NCBI GenBank assembly: GCA_045645965.1
Contig: JAZRJU010000006.1
Coordinates: 2,422 to 66,421 of the forward strand
DNA length: 64,000 bases
Direction of reading: 5' to 3'
Origin: Bacteroidaceae bacterium
GTDB taxonomy: Bacteria; Bacteroidota; Bacteroidia; Bacteroidales; Bacteroidaceae
This document shows, piece after piece, positions 17,340 to 26,127 of the stretch (the first letter of the stretch is position 1; the number at the start of each line of letters is the position of its first letter). The notes beneath the pieces were generated by a model that worked only from the letters and a program-made list of their open reading frames with translations, was not told where the DNA came from and searched no databases. Position numbers and translations under genes: made by a program.

Positions 17340-17363
17340 AGGAGAACCATTTCTGATTCTCCT
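17340..17363 (-). terminator. hairpin AGGAGAA-N10-TTCTCCT plus TTTTCG after tRNA-Asp
   Basis: Read on the minus strand immediately 3' of tRNA-Asp. Confidence 0.55.
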
Positions 17364-17369
17364 CTTTTG

Positions 17370-17443
17370 CGGTGCGGACGGGGCTCGAACCCGCGACCCC
17401 TAGCGTGACAGGCTAGTATTCTAACCAACTGAACTACCGCACC
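17370..17443 (-). tRNA. tRNA-Asp(GTC), second locus, CCA not encoded
   Basis: Same body as 7456..7529. Confidence 0.9.
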
Positions 17444-17474
17444 ATTGTTGGTTGCTCCTTTCGGTTTGCGAGTG

Positions 17475-17482
17475 CAAAGGTA
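17475..17482 (-). promoter_or_regulatory. -7 box TACCTTTG for tRNA-Asp
   Basis: TACCTTTGCACTCGCAAA module, shared with the tRNA cluster promoter. Confidence 0.6.
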
Positions 17483-17603
17483 TGATGTTTTTCCGAAACT
17501 ACCAAATGTTTTGGCAAGTTTTTTTCATTTCTTCTGGAAATAAGTCTTCGGATGGCGGTAGGTGTTGTGGCTGCCTTGTGCTAAAGGGGTGGGGCGAAAG
17601 TGC

Positions 17604-18743
17604 TCATTTGATATTTATGTTGCCATGCATGTTTTCTATTTGGAAGAGTGTGGGGGCACTGTAGGATGTTCCGAAGTATCCTTCCTTGGAAGAGAAGAAG
17701 TCCTTTTCCACTATGTGTGTGTTCTTGTGTTTTATTAGCCCATCAATGCTTATTGAACCGAACTGGCTGCTCAGTTTGTAGCCGGCATTTATCTGTTTGG
17801 GTATACGGAGGTTCAGGTCGGTGAAGGTGCCCTTCATGTAGAAACTCTCAAATTTGGCTTTCTCGCTGATGCTGACTTTAATCTTGGAGTGCTGGCTGTT
17901 GGGGATGTTGACGAGTGTGCCTGCCTGACTGAGTTCTATGGACGAGTGCTGGCTGGAAATGGTTGTCTTTCCTGTAGCCAGGATGATGTCTATGGTTGAG
18001 TGTTGTATGTTCATGTCCGCATCCTTGAAACTTCCTATGCTGACATGTGAGAAACTTTCTTTAAGGGCAAGTGTGTTGCAGGTTCCTATGCTTACTTCTT
18101 TGCAATGGGCGTTTTTCATCTCCAACTGGGTGCATTTGCCGATGCTTACATTGCAGAACGATGCGTTTACCTTGGCCCGGTTGCTTCTGGTGAGATACAG
18201 GTTGCCATGTGCGGCCTCCAGAGTACATTCTCCATCTGCTTTTATGTTCTGGCACAGCAAGGTTCCGAAACTGACCTTGGCCTCCAGTTTTGCGCATTCG
18301 TAGTCGGGGATGTGTATGTCTCCGAAAGCGTTTAGTACGGTAAGCGACAGTTTGTTTTCAGGCACATATACCGCCCATGTGGACTCCATGCTGTTTTGCT
18401 TGTCGTTGTTGCCTGTATCGTTGCGTCTGAGTTCCAGGCTATATGTGTTGCCCTCCTCCTGACGGATAATCTCCGTGCTTTCCAGCATTTTGTCGGCATA
18501 ACTCTGGCTTTCGGCCTTTATGTGTAACTTGTAATCCAGTTCTATCACGTCCTTGTCCCAGACGTAGATTCTGATGTTGCCAAAGCGGTTGTTTAGTTTC
18601 AGCGTTGCGCCTCTCTTTACGTTCCGGAAGGTAATCTTCCCGGTCTTGCTTCTCTCGAATTGTGCCTCGCTTGCAAGGGCATGCGGCATGGCTATGGCGA
18701 GTAGTGCCAATAGCAGGCATAGTGTTCTGGCGATGTGTCTCAT
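17604..18743 (-). CDS. DUF4097-like beta-strand-repeat (putative adhesin) protein
   Basis: 379 aa with a signal peptide and about 10 repeats of the (F/H)GN(I/V)xI type. It is the last gene of the ECF operon. Confidence 0.7.
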   Translation of the reverse strand: MRHIARTLCLLLALLAIAMPHALASEAQFERSKTGKITFRNVKRGATLKLNNRFGNIRIYVWDKDVIELDYKLHIKAESQSYADKMLESTEIIRQEEGNTYSLELRRNDTGNNDKQNSMESTWAVYVPENKLSLTVLNAFGDIHIPDYECAKLEAKVSFGTLLCQNIKADGECTLEAAHGNLYLTRSNRAKVNASFCNVSIGKCTQLEMKNAHCKEVSIGTCNTLALKESFSHVSIGSFKDADMNIQHSTIDIILATGKTTISSQHSSIELSQAGTLVNIPNSQHSKIKVSISEKAKFESFYMKGTFTDLNLRIPKQINAGYKLSSQFGSISIDGLIKHKNTHIVEKDFFSSKEGYFGTSYSAPTLFQIENMHGNINIK

Positions 18744-18757
18744 ATTTCTTGGGGTGT

Positions 18758-19294
18758 TTATTGTTGTTTGCTTAGACGTGCCTGTTTGCCTTCGTTCAGT
18801 ATCGTGTGTATGTATTGCAGGCTTCTAAGGTGCGACTGGTATATTGATGCTATATGGTATATCTTTTCGTCTTCGGAGAAATGCTCTCCGTCAATGTCGG
18901 CAACGAGCGAATCCGGTGCCATGTTAATCTTGATGACTTCGTCCATGAGCCTGTCTCTGGTTTTGGGGTCAAGTTCCTTGCACAGGTTGGCGATGAACTC
19001 GGTTTCGTTCCACAACAGGGACCTGTAATAGCCACGTACTTCAGCAATCATCAGATCGGTTTCGGTGGGAGGGGCTTCATCCCTGTGCATGCCGGGTGTG
19101 ACGAAGAAGAACAGCAACAGGGATGCGGCAATGGCCGCGGAGGTTAGCAGGCGCCATGTTTTCCGCCGCTTCTTCTCGTGCTCGGCTTTCTCCAGCCGTT
19201 TCATGAACCTTTCCCAGCTTCCCAGTGGAAGTCGGGGAGTGTCAATGCTTGACTTGATTAGAAGTTCCAGTTCTGTGTCATTTATGTTTTTCAT
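18758..19294 (-). CDS. putative anti-sigma factor (single TM segment)
   Basis: 178 aa. It overlaps the sigma gene by 17 nt and has a central TM segment LLTSAAIAASLLLFFFV. Confidence 0.6.
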   Translation of the reverse strand: MKNINDTELELLIKSSIDTPRLPLGSWERFMKRLEKAEHEKKRRKTWRLLTSAAIAASLLLFFFVTPGMHRDEAPPTETDLMIAEVRGYYRSLLWNETEFIANLCKELDPKTRDRLMDEVIKINMAPDSLVADIDGEHFSEDEKIYHIASIYQSHLRSLQYIHTILNEGKQARLSKQQ

Positions 19295-19892
19295 ATCGGA
19301 AGCATGTTATCAGTTTCTGTTTCGCCCGTGTCAACTGTGTCCTGATGGTAGAGGGTTTGGCATGGAGCAGGGAGGCAATGTCGTCCGAACTCAGGTCCTC
19401 CACTACGGATAATAGCAGCACCGTCTTGTATTTCTCCGGAAGGGAATCGATGGCCTGACGCAGATTTCCGCTCCTTTCCGCATCAATCAGCATGTCGTCT
19501 GTCTCCTCGTCTGCGGTGATGTTAATGCCGTCCTCCCAACAGTCCGATCTGTTTTTCTGCTTTCTCAGGCGGTCTATGGTTTCGTTTATGGTTATACGCC
19601 TGAGTCTTCGTTCCATGTCTGCCTGTCTGTCCAGCATCTGTATTTTTCCGGTAAGCGGGAGCAGCAGGACTTCCTGTACTATATCCTCCGCTTCGTACTC
19701 ATCGCCTATGAGACGGCATGCCGTGGAGAACATGGTTTGTGCAAACAGATTGTAGAAGGCCGTTTGTGCACTTCTGTCCCTGTTCCGGCATCCCTTTATG
19801 ATTTCATCGTAACTCACTTCTTGTCGTTGTAATAGGTAATGTTTCTGTCTATATAACGTAAACCGGCGGTGTTTTGCTACAAGGAAAAGCAT
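19278..19892 (-). CDS. ECF-type RNA polymerase sigma-70 factor
   Basis: Region 2 (AEDIVQEVLL) and region 4 (SSDDIASLLHAKPSTIRTQLTRAKQKL) motifs. The exact start is uncertain. Confidence 0.8.
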   Translation of the reverse strand: MLFLVAKHRRFTLYRQKHYLLQRQEVSYDEIIKGCRNRDRSAQTAFYNLFAQTMFSTACRLIGDEYEAEDIVQEVLLLPLTGKIQMLDRQADMERRLRRITINETIDRLRKQKNRSDCWEDGINITADEETDDMLIDAERSGNLRQAIDSLPEKYKTVLLLSVVEDLSSDDIASLLHAKPSTIRTQLTRAKQKLITCFRYEKHK

Positions 19893-19948
19893 TTTTTTTC
19901 GCGCTAAGGGGCTAAATAATTCCAGTACCGATTTCTGTGCCCTGCATT

Positions 19949-20008
19949 CGGTACTGGAGTACCGCCGTGTCGGTATTGGAGTACCTTCGTGTCGGTATTG
20001 CAGTACCG
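19949..20008. promoter_or_regulatory. three 16-bp near-palindromes CGGTAyTGsAGTACCk at an exact 22-bp period
   Basis: Copies start at 19949, 19971 and 19993. Extra half-sites lie at 19921-19930 and 20016-20021. The array sits 57-116 bp upstream of the ECF sigma ATG. Confidence 0.5.
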
Positions 20009-20185
20009 ACGTGAGAGTACTGGCTCTGTAAAGGGGAGCATGCCGACGGGGGCTGGTACATTATAATAAATGATGTAGGGACGAAGTGTGGGTATTGGTC
20101 CGATTGGGGGGTAGACATAGAGTGAGGCTGTATCGGACCTTCTCCGGTACAGCCTCACTTGGATTGTCGCATGACTCGCTCTCTG

Positions 20186-20596
20186 TTACTTCTGGGCATC
20201 CAGACGCCAGTCGCCGTCGGCATTCTTCACGAGTTTGAACTTCTGGTCGTCGGTGGTACCGTCGCCATAGGTAATCTTAGCCTTCACTACGGCGGTGTTG
20301 CCGTCCTCTGCGATCTCCTCACTCAGAATCTCGCAGGATGCTATCCCCTGCTTCTTGTCCAGAGTCGGGCCCAGTTTCCCATGTAGCAGGGCAAGGAGCT
20401 GCTCCTTCTGCTCCTCCACGCTCTTGCCTTTCTTCTCTTCAATCTGGATAAGGTCCACGTAGGCCTCGTAGTTCTTTGCCTTTACGTACTCGATGGAATT
20501 CTCCACCACCTTTGAGGGGGTGTTGCCGCCGCCGCAACTCCAGAAACACACTGCCATTACCACGAGGGCAAGGATTCCGAATACTGATTTCTTCAT
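20186..20596 (-). CDS. DUF4878-like lipoprotein
   Basis: 136 aa, lipobox ...FWSCGG, small NTF2/cystatin-like pattern. Confidence 0.65.
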   Translation of the reverse strand: MKKSVFGILALVVMAVCFWSCGGGNTPSKVVENSIEYVKAKNYEAYVDLIQIEEKKGKSVEEQKEQLLALLHGKLGPTLDKKQGIASCEILSEEIAEDGNTAVVKAKITYGDGTTDDQKFKLVKNADGDWRLDAQK

Positions 20597-20633
20597 AATC
20601 TTTCAGGGACTTAAGGGTTAATATATAGGTTTG

Positions 20634-21248
20634 TTAAAATGCGCATATTGTACAGAGGTGTCTGGACGAGGTAAAGTCCGAGGGCAGTATCACGCCCCTG
20701 AACGTGAAGACCGGCAGGTTCACATCGTGCCTGGCACTGTCCGTTATGGACAGCCCTGCCGCCTCTTTGTAGGTATGCTCCACCAGTTCCGAGCAGTACA
20801 TCCTTGTGGTGTCCTCCGCGTCATAGTCGTGGTCGAACAGGACTCCCTTGCGGTAAATCCTCAGCGCCACCTCTGCCGCGCTTCGTGCTACAATGCTGTC
20901 GGCATGCCTCATTATCCTGCCGTTGCAGGTCCTCATGGAAGAGAAGAACACCTCCGGGGCATCCATCTTCACCCTGTCCACGTCCCCAGCACCATCGTGC
21001 TCGTCGGGCACGGCATGCACTATCATCATCACTCCCGACGAATCCACCGCTATGCCCACGTGCGAGTAGCATCCTCCGCCGTCGGCCATCCTCACGGCCC
21101 TGCTTGTCATACCGCTTCCGCACCTCAGCACCACATCGCCGGCCCTCAGTTGCTGCCCCTGGTAAAGTGTGTGTCCGTCCCTCTCCCGGCACCCCGTGGT
21201 GAGTACGGCCGCCAGTATCAGGATTATGTGCGGAAGGCATGTTTTCAT
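20634..21248 (-). CDS. YiiX/permuted papain-like (NlpC/P60 superfamily) lipoprotein
   Basis: Start at MKTCLPHIILILAAVLTTGC. SHVGI...RMYCSELV pattern typical of permuted papain-fold enzymes. Confidence 0.6.
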   Translation of the reverse strand: MKTCLPHIILILAAVLTTGCRERDGHTLYQGQQLRAGDVVLRCGSGMTSRAVRMADGGGCYSHVGIAVDSSGVMMIVHAVPDEHDGAGDVDRVKMDAPEVFFSSMRTCNGRIMRHADSIVARSAAEVALRIYRKGVLFDHDYDAEDTTRMYCSELVEHTYKEAAGLSITDSARHDVNLPVFTFRGVILPSDFTSSRHLCTICAF

Positions 21249-21630
21249 AGTTAGTGCGGTGTAAATGTAATGAAAATATGCACAAAAGCAAAGGAAAGTG
21301 TACAGGAATTTGCTTGGCGGACAGATTTGCCTCTGTCGGTCCGTGTCATCTGTTGCCATCTTCAACGACATGACAAACTCGTGTGATATTCCCAAAATGG
21401 AGTCTGGGAACTAATCTTGCTCAGTAATACAATACACAATCCGCAGCACCTCAATGGCGAGGTACTGCGGATTTGTTGTTTTGTGTGAAGGTAGGGCAAA
21501 CGGTGGACTTGGAAGATTGGCCAAATGTCAATCGGTACATCGTGAGAGACGCAATTCCCATTGTGACGTTGGGGAACGGCATGCCGAGTCCGCTTGAGGA
21601 TGGTTGGTCTTTCGTCCGCTTGCTATTGTT

Positions 21631-21661
21631 CTTCGGACACGGCGTGCCGTGTCCCTACCAT
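21631..21661. repeat. RepC variant: ATGGTAGGGAC plus palindrome ACGGCACGCCGT plus GTCCGAAG (minus-strand reading)
   Basis: Plus strand reads CTTCGGACACGGCGTGCCGTGTCCCTACCAT, about 22 nt after the purA stop. Confidence 0.75.
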
Positions 21662-21682
21662 AAACAGTTTTTCGTTTTCCGG

Positions 21683-22951
21683 TTAGCGCTCGATGGTCTG
21701 GGCGCGGTCGGGACCTACGCTGACGATGGTGATGGGGCGCTCGAGGGCCTTCTCCAAGTAGTCGATGTAGTCCTGGAAGGCCTTGGGGAACTCGGTGGGA
21801 GATGTCATCTGTGTGAGGTCGGTCTGCCAACCGGGAAGTTCCTCGTAGACTGCCTCCCAACCCTCGGTGTCGTAGGGCATCTCGGTGGTGCGCACGCCGT
21901 TCTTCTCGTATGCCACGCAAGCCTTGATGGTCTCGAAGGTGTCCAGCACGTCGCTCTTCATCATGATGAGCTGGGTGACGCCGTTTACCATGATGGCATA
22001 CTTGAGGCCCACGATGTCCACCCAACCGCAACGGCGGTTACGGCCTGTTACGGCACCGTACTCGTGACCGATGTCGCGAATCTTCTCGCCTGTCTCGTCG
22101 AACAGTTCCACGGGGAAGGGACCAGAACCCACACGGGTGCTGTAGGCCTTGAAGATACCGAAGATCTCGCCTATGCTGTTGGGGGCAACACCAAGGCCGG
22201 TGCAGACGCCGCCGGTGCAGGTGCTGCTGGAGGATACGAAGGGGTAGGTGCCGTGGTCGATGTCGAGCATGGTGCCCTGTGCACCCTCGGCCAGTACGTT
22301 CTTGCCCTCGGAGAGAGCCTGGTTGATTTCAAACTCGGTGTCGCGCAAGGGGAACTGGCTCATGTAGCGTATGCCTTCCATCCACTTCTGCTCCTCCTCG
22401 GTGATGTCGTAGTCGGTGAAGTGCAGGTCGCTCAGAATCTGCTCGTGGCGTGCCTTCAAAGCCTGGTACTTCTGCTCGAAGTTGTCCTGGATGTCGCCCA
22501 CGCGCAGGCCGATGCGGCTGGCCTTGTCGCTATAAGTGGGGCCAATGCCCTTGCCGGTGGTGCCAACCTTGTTCTTGCCCTTGGCGGCCTCGTAGGCACG
22601 GTCCAGCACACGGTGTGTGGGCAGGATGAGGTGGGCGCGGCGGCTGATGTGCAGACGGCTCTTCAGATCGTAGCCAGCCTGCTCCAGTTCCATGGCCTCT
22701 GCCATGAACAGGTCGGGAGCGATGACGCAGCCGTTGCCGATGATGTTCAGCTTGCCCTCGTCGAAGATGCCAGAGGGGATGCTGCGGAGGACGAACTTCT
22801 TGCCCTCGAAGATGATGGTGTGTCCGGCATTTGGACCGCCGGCAAAACGTGCCACAACGTCGTAGCGTGGGGTGAATACGTCTACAACCTTACCTTTGCC
22901 TTCGTCGCCGAAGACGATGCCCAGCAGGGCATCAACTTTTCCTTTTGCCAT
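21683..22951 (-). CDS. purA: adenylosuccinate synthase
   Basis: Start at MAKGKVDALLGIVFGDEGKGK (P-loop GDEGKGK). Upstream codons in the ORF track read through RepB. Confidence 0.95.
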   Translation of the reverse strand: MAKGKVDALLGIVFGDEGKGKVVDVFTPRYDVVARFAGGPNAGHTIIFEGKKFVLRSIPSGIFDEGKLNIIGNGCVIAPDLFMAEAMELEQAGYDLKSRLHISRRAHLILPTHRVLDRAYEAAKGKNKVGTTGKGIGPTYSDKASRIGLRVGDIQDNFEQKYQALKARHEQILSDLHFTDYDITEEEQKWMEGIRYMSQFPLRDTEFEINQALSEGKNVLAEGAQGTMLDIDHGTYPFVSSSSTCTGGVCTGLGVAPNSIGEIFGIFKAYSTRVGSGPFPVELFDETGEKIRDIGHEYGAVTGRNRRCGWVDIVGLKYAIMVNGVTQLIMMKSDVLDTFETIKACVAYEKNGVRTTEMPYDTEGWEAVYEELPGWQTDLTQMTSPTEFPKAFQDYIDYLEKALERPITIVSVGPDRAQTIER

Positions 22952-22961
22952 ATTTAAGGTA

Positions 22962-23166
22962 GACCCCTCCCCGAACCCTCCCACAGGGGGAGGGAGTATG
23001 ATGTACTGGGGAATAGGGATTTTTTAATGAGGTTATTTGTTCTTTTCTATTTTGCTGTTCTCGGAGTAGTCTGAGTAATCTGAGTAATCTGAGTTTTCCG
23101 TTGTTTGTCTGGTGAGTGTTAGTTGTAACTACTCCCCGCCCTATAGGGAGGGGTTGGGGGTGGGTC
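22962..23166. repeat. RepB inverted pair bracketing the purA / alkD-like spacer
   Basis: GACCCCTCCCCGAACCCTCCCACAGGGGGAGGGAGTA (22962-22998) and TACTCCCCGCCCTATAGGGAGGGGTTGGGGGTGGGTCC (23130-23166). The spacer holds CTGAGTAAT x2.5 and a RepA fragment. Confidence 0.85.
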
Positions 23167-23737
23167 CTTCCATTGCTTCCAGTGTCTGCATCACTGCTTT
23201 GCGCAGGTATAGGGGTGCGTTGGCGGAGAGGGCCGCAGCATGGTCGCGCAGTTCTGCTTCGGAACGGGGCATGAGCCTGTTGCCCTGGCGGAGCAGGCGG
23301 CAGATGGTGAGCCAACCGCAGAGCGAGGCAAGTTCATGTGTGCCTGCTATCCAACGGAAGGCCATGTCGGTGGCCCAGGGCTGGGGTGAGATGAGTTCCA
23401 TGGCCAGAAGCGACACCGCCTCGGGTGTGCGGGCCTCGTGAACCCAGATGTCTGCCACCTCGGGCAGGAACTCCTGTGGGGGAGTGAGCAGTATGCCCAG
23501 CAACTGGCTCTCGCGCACGTTCTCCGCCCATAGACGTTGGCCAAGACGGCGGTTGCGGGGGAACTCGGCGGCGATGTTCCTGAGTCGGGGCAACTCTATG
23601 CCCCACACCACATGGTGAGGCATGCCGCCACGGCGCATCTGCGAGGAGGCAATGCCGTTCATGTTGGCACGCAACTCCTTTTTTATATTACGGATGGTTT
23701 CGTCCATCCAGTTTGTGTCAATTGTATTCTCTTCCAT
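23141..23737 (-). CDS. DNA alkylation repair (AlkD-like HEAT/ARM repeat) protein
   Basis: Start at MEENTIDTNW. The sequence matches the DNA_alkylation family by my recollection. The last 8 codons and the TAG stop lie inside RepB. Confidence 0.72.
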   Translation of the reverse strand: MEENTIDTNWMDETIRNIKKELRANMNGIASSQMRRGGMPHHVVWGIELPRLRNIAAEFPRNRRLGQRLWAENVRESQLLGILLTPPQEFLPEVADIWVHEARTPEAVSLLAMELISPQPWATDMAFRWIAGTHELASLCGWLTICRLLRQGNRLMPRSEAELRDHAAALSANAPLYLRKAVMQTLEAMEGPTPNPSL

Positions 23738-25679
23738 ATCTGAGCATCTGCTGGTCGAAGGTCTCGTCGTAGGACACGCCAACGTCCGTGACCTTGCCGT
23801 CAGTGTCTGTTACAAGTGTGTATCGGGGGTTTATGAAACCCTTGTAGGGAGCCAGGTCCAGAGCCTCGTAGCGCTGGAGCACCTCCTGGTGCAGGGTGCT
23901 GTCCACCTCCACGCCATACTTCTCCACCAGATGCTTGGCGGCCAAGGTGTCGCCCTCGCTCTTGATGCGCTGTATCTCGGCCAGCAGTTGGCCTATGAAC
24001 TGGCGCAGGGTGGGGTAGTCGTGGATGACCAGGCGTGTCTTGCCATCTTTCCTGACAAGTTCCATGGCAGGTATGGTGCCAAAGACCTGTGCCCAATATG
24101 TGGACTGCTCCAGGCACCAGTGCGCTATGAGGGCACGGTTGCGCATGTGCGCCTCCTCTATGTGGCATCCGGGCTTGATGCGCACGAGTTGCGTCATCAG
24201 ACCGTTGAGCATGTAGGTGTAGTAGTTGCTATGCCATGCATCCAGGGTGGGAGTGAGCCCCAGCTGGTGCATCTTCTGGTCGGCAATGTAGTAGAGGGCG
24301 AAGAGGTCGGCACGTGTCTCCTCGATGGTACTGCCATGCACGCCAAGGGCATCGGCATCCACGCCGGGCAAGAGTTGTCCCGAACCATGTCCGAGGCACT
24401 CGTGCAGGTCGGTATGCAGGTCGTCCAACTGGTGAGCATAGAGGTTTACCTGCTCCAGCACCTTGGCATCGGGGATGAACTCCTGGCGGAACCCATTGCC
24501 CTGCGCAGCCTGGTCGTAAGCCTCGGTGAGGTTGCCTATGGTAACGCTCTTGCTTCCGTATACGGAACGCACCCAGTTGCTATTGGGCAGGTTGATGCCT
24601 ATGGCAGAACTGGGATAGAGGTCGCCACCCAGAATGGCAGCCTGCACCACACGCGCGGTGACACCCTTGCATTCCTTCTTCTTGAAACGAGGGTCCACAG
24701 GGCTGTTGTCCTCGAACCACTGCGCATTCTGGCTGAGTATCTCGGTGCGGCGTGTTGCCTCGCGGTCCAGTATGTTCACATAACCCTCCCACGAAGCCTT
24801 CAGGCCCAGAGGGTCGCCATATACTTCGGTGAAGCCGTTGACGAAGTCCACCGTGCCCTCCACCTCGGAAATCCATTGGATGGTGTACTGGTCGAAGGTG
24901 TCCAGCGAACCGGTGCGGTAGAACTGGAGCAGAAGCGAGATAACCTCTCTCTGCCTGTCCGTCTCGGCAAACTCCATGGCCTTCTCCAGATGCGAGCAGA
25001 TGCGCTCTATCTGTCGCCCGTAGAGCCCTGTGGAGGAATATATGTTCTCGTACAGATTGCCCTCGGCATCCCTTTCCAGACGGCTGTTCATGCCGTACAT
25101 GACAGGCTGGTCGGGCAGGGGAGCGGAAGCCTTCTGCTGGGCATAGAACTGCTCTGCCTCGTGCTGTGTGACACCCTCGCCATAGTAGTTGCATGCCGAG
25201 GCAAGCAAGAGGTCGTCGCCGCTCTGGCACACACGCTTGGGCATGACGGAGGGGTTGGTGATAACCTCGGCAAGGCGCTCGAACTCTTCGGCCCCAACCA
25301 CGGGAGAAGGAATGGCACGGTATGCCTGGCCAAGCCACTCGGCAGAGAAGGCAGGCAGGAACTTGTCCGTGCTATAGTGATGATGTATGCCGTTGGCAAA
25401 CCACACCTGCCGCAGGTAGGTGAGGAAAGCCTCCCAGTCCTTGCCCTCGTGCACTATGGCCGAGTTCTGCAGGATGTCCTCCAGCAGACGGCGGATGGCC
25501 AGGTTGTGGCGGCAGTTCTGGTCCCACAGGATGTCGCGTCCGCACAAGGAAGCCTCCGCCAGGTGGTAGACATACTGCTTCTGCCCCAGGCTCAGGTCCT
25601 GGAAGGCAGGCACACGGTAGCGCAGCAGCTGTATGTCGGCAAAGCGCACCTGGGCGTATGTGAAGGTGTTATTCTTCAT
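23718..25679 (-). CDS. dipeptidyl-peptidase III (M49 family)
   Basis: Zinc motifs HECLGH and EETRAD (the family's second EExxAx zinc motif). Start at MKNNTFTYAQ. It overlaps the AraC stop by 11 nt and the AlkD-like start by 20 nt. Confidence 0.88.
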   Translation of the reverse strand: MKNNTFTYAQVRFADIQLLRYRVPAFQDLSLGQKQYVYHLAEASLCGRDILWDQNCRHNLAIRRLLEDILQNSAIVHEGKDWEAFLTYLRQVWFANGIHHHYSTDKFLPAFSAEWLGQAYRAIPSPVVGAEEFERLAEVITNPSVMPKRVCQSGDDLLLASACNYYGEGVTQHEAEQFYAQQKASAPLPDQPVMYGMNSRLERDAEGNLYENIYSSTGLYGRQIERICSHLEKAMEFAETDRQREVISLLLQFYRTGSLDTFDQYTIQWISEVEGTVDFVNGFTEVYGDPLGLKASWEGYVNILDREATRRTEILSQNAQWFEDNSPVDPRFKKKECKGVTARVVQAAILGGDLYPSSAIGINLPNSNWVRSVYGSKSVTIGNLTEAYDQAAQGNGFRQEFIPDAKVLEQVNLYAHQLDDLHTDLHECLGHGSGQLLPGVDADALGVHGSTIEETRADLFALYYIADQKMHQLGLTPTLDAWHSNYYTYMLNGLMTQLVRIKPGCHIEEAHMRNRALIAHWCLEQSTYWAQVFGTIPAMELVRKDGKTRLVIHDYPTLRQFIGQLLAEIQRIKSEGDTLAAKHLVEKYGVEVDSTLHQEVLQRYEALDLAPYKGFINPRYTLVTDTDGKVTDVGVSYDETFDQQMLRYGREYN

Positions 25680-26121
25680 CTGTCTCACTTTCTTTCTTGC
25701 CCTTCTTGGAGGTGGCGTTCTGTGCACGGTACTCCAGCGGAGTCATACCGTTCTTGCGGAAGAATGCCGAGTAGAAGCACTGGCGGTTGGCAAAGCCCGT
25801 GGCACGGGCAACGTCCTCCATCTTGAGGTCGGCAAAGTGCCTGTCGGTAATCATGTACATGGCCTCCTTGATGCGGAAGTCGTTGATGAGCTGCGAGAAG
25901 TTGTCGCGGTACCTGAGATGCACCACGGCACTGATGTAGCGGGCGTTGCATCCGATTTCCTCAGCCAGCTTGGCCGCGGTGTATTCGGGGTCGCGGTATT
26001 TCTTCTCCACCACGAACTTCAGCAGGATCTTCTCGTATATCTCCTCTACAAGTGATGTGCTCAGGGCACCGATGTAGGATGCCTCTTTCTTCTTTCTCTC
26101 TGTGATATTATATTTTGCCAT
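25669..26121 (-). CDS. AraC-family HTH protein (DNA-binding domain only)
   Basis: 150 aa with two HTH units (LAEEIGCNARYISAVV; VARATGFANRQCFYSAFFRKNGMTPLEYR). Confidence 0.85.
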   Translation of the reverse strand: MAKYNITERKKKEASYIGALSTSLVEEIYEKILLKFVVEKKYRDPEYTAAKLAEEIGCNARYISAVVHLRYRDNFSQLINDFRIKEAMYMITDRHFADLKMEDVARATGFANRQCFYSAFFRKNGMTPLEYRAQNATSKKGKKESETDEE

Positions 26122-26127
26122 GGTAAA

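Noticed and set aside
23622-25826. Very long antisense ORFs opposite real genes: 734 aa here, and also 21473..22957, 15876..16988, 41093..42445, 47563..48729, 2028..3041, 35781..36605, 27058..28086 and 20631..21254.
   Set aside because: Each lies opposite a gene with unmistakable family motifs (HECLGH peptidase, purA P-loop, uvrA, sulfatase and so on). Their translations are low-complexity and rich in V/G/H/L/A with no recognisable motifs. This is the typical shadow-ORF behaviour of the complementary frame of genes with this codon bias.
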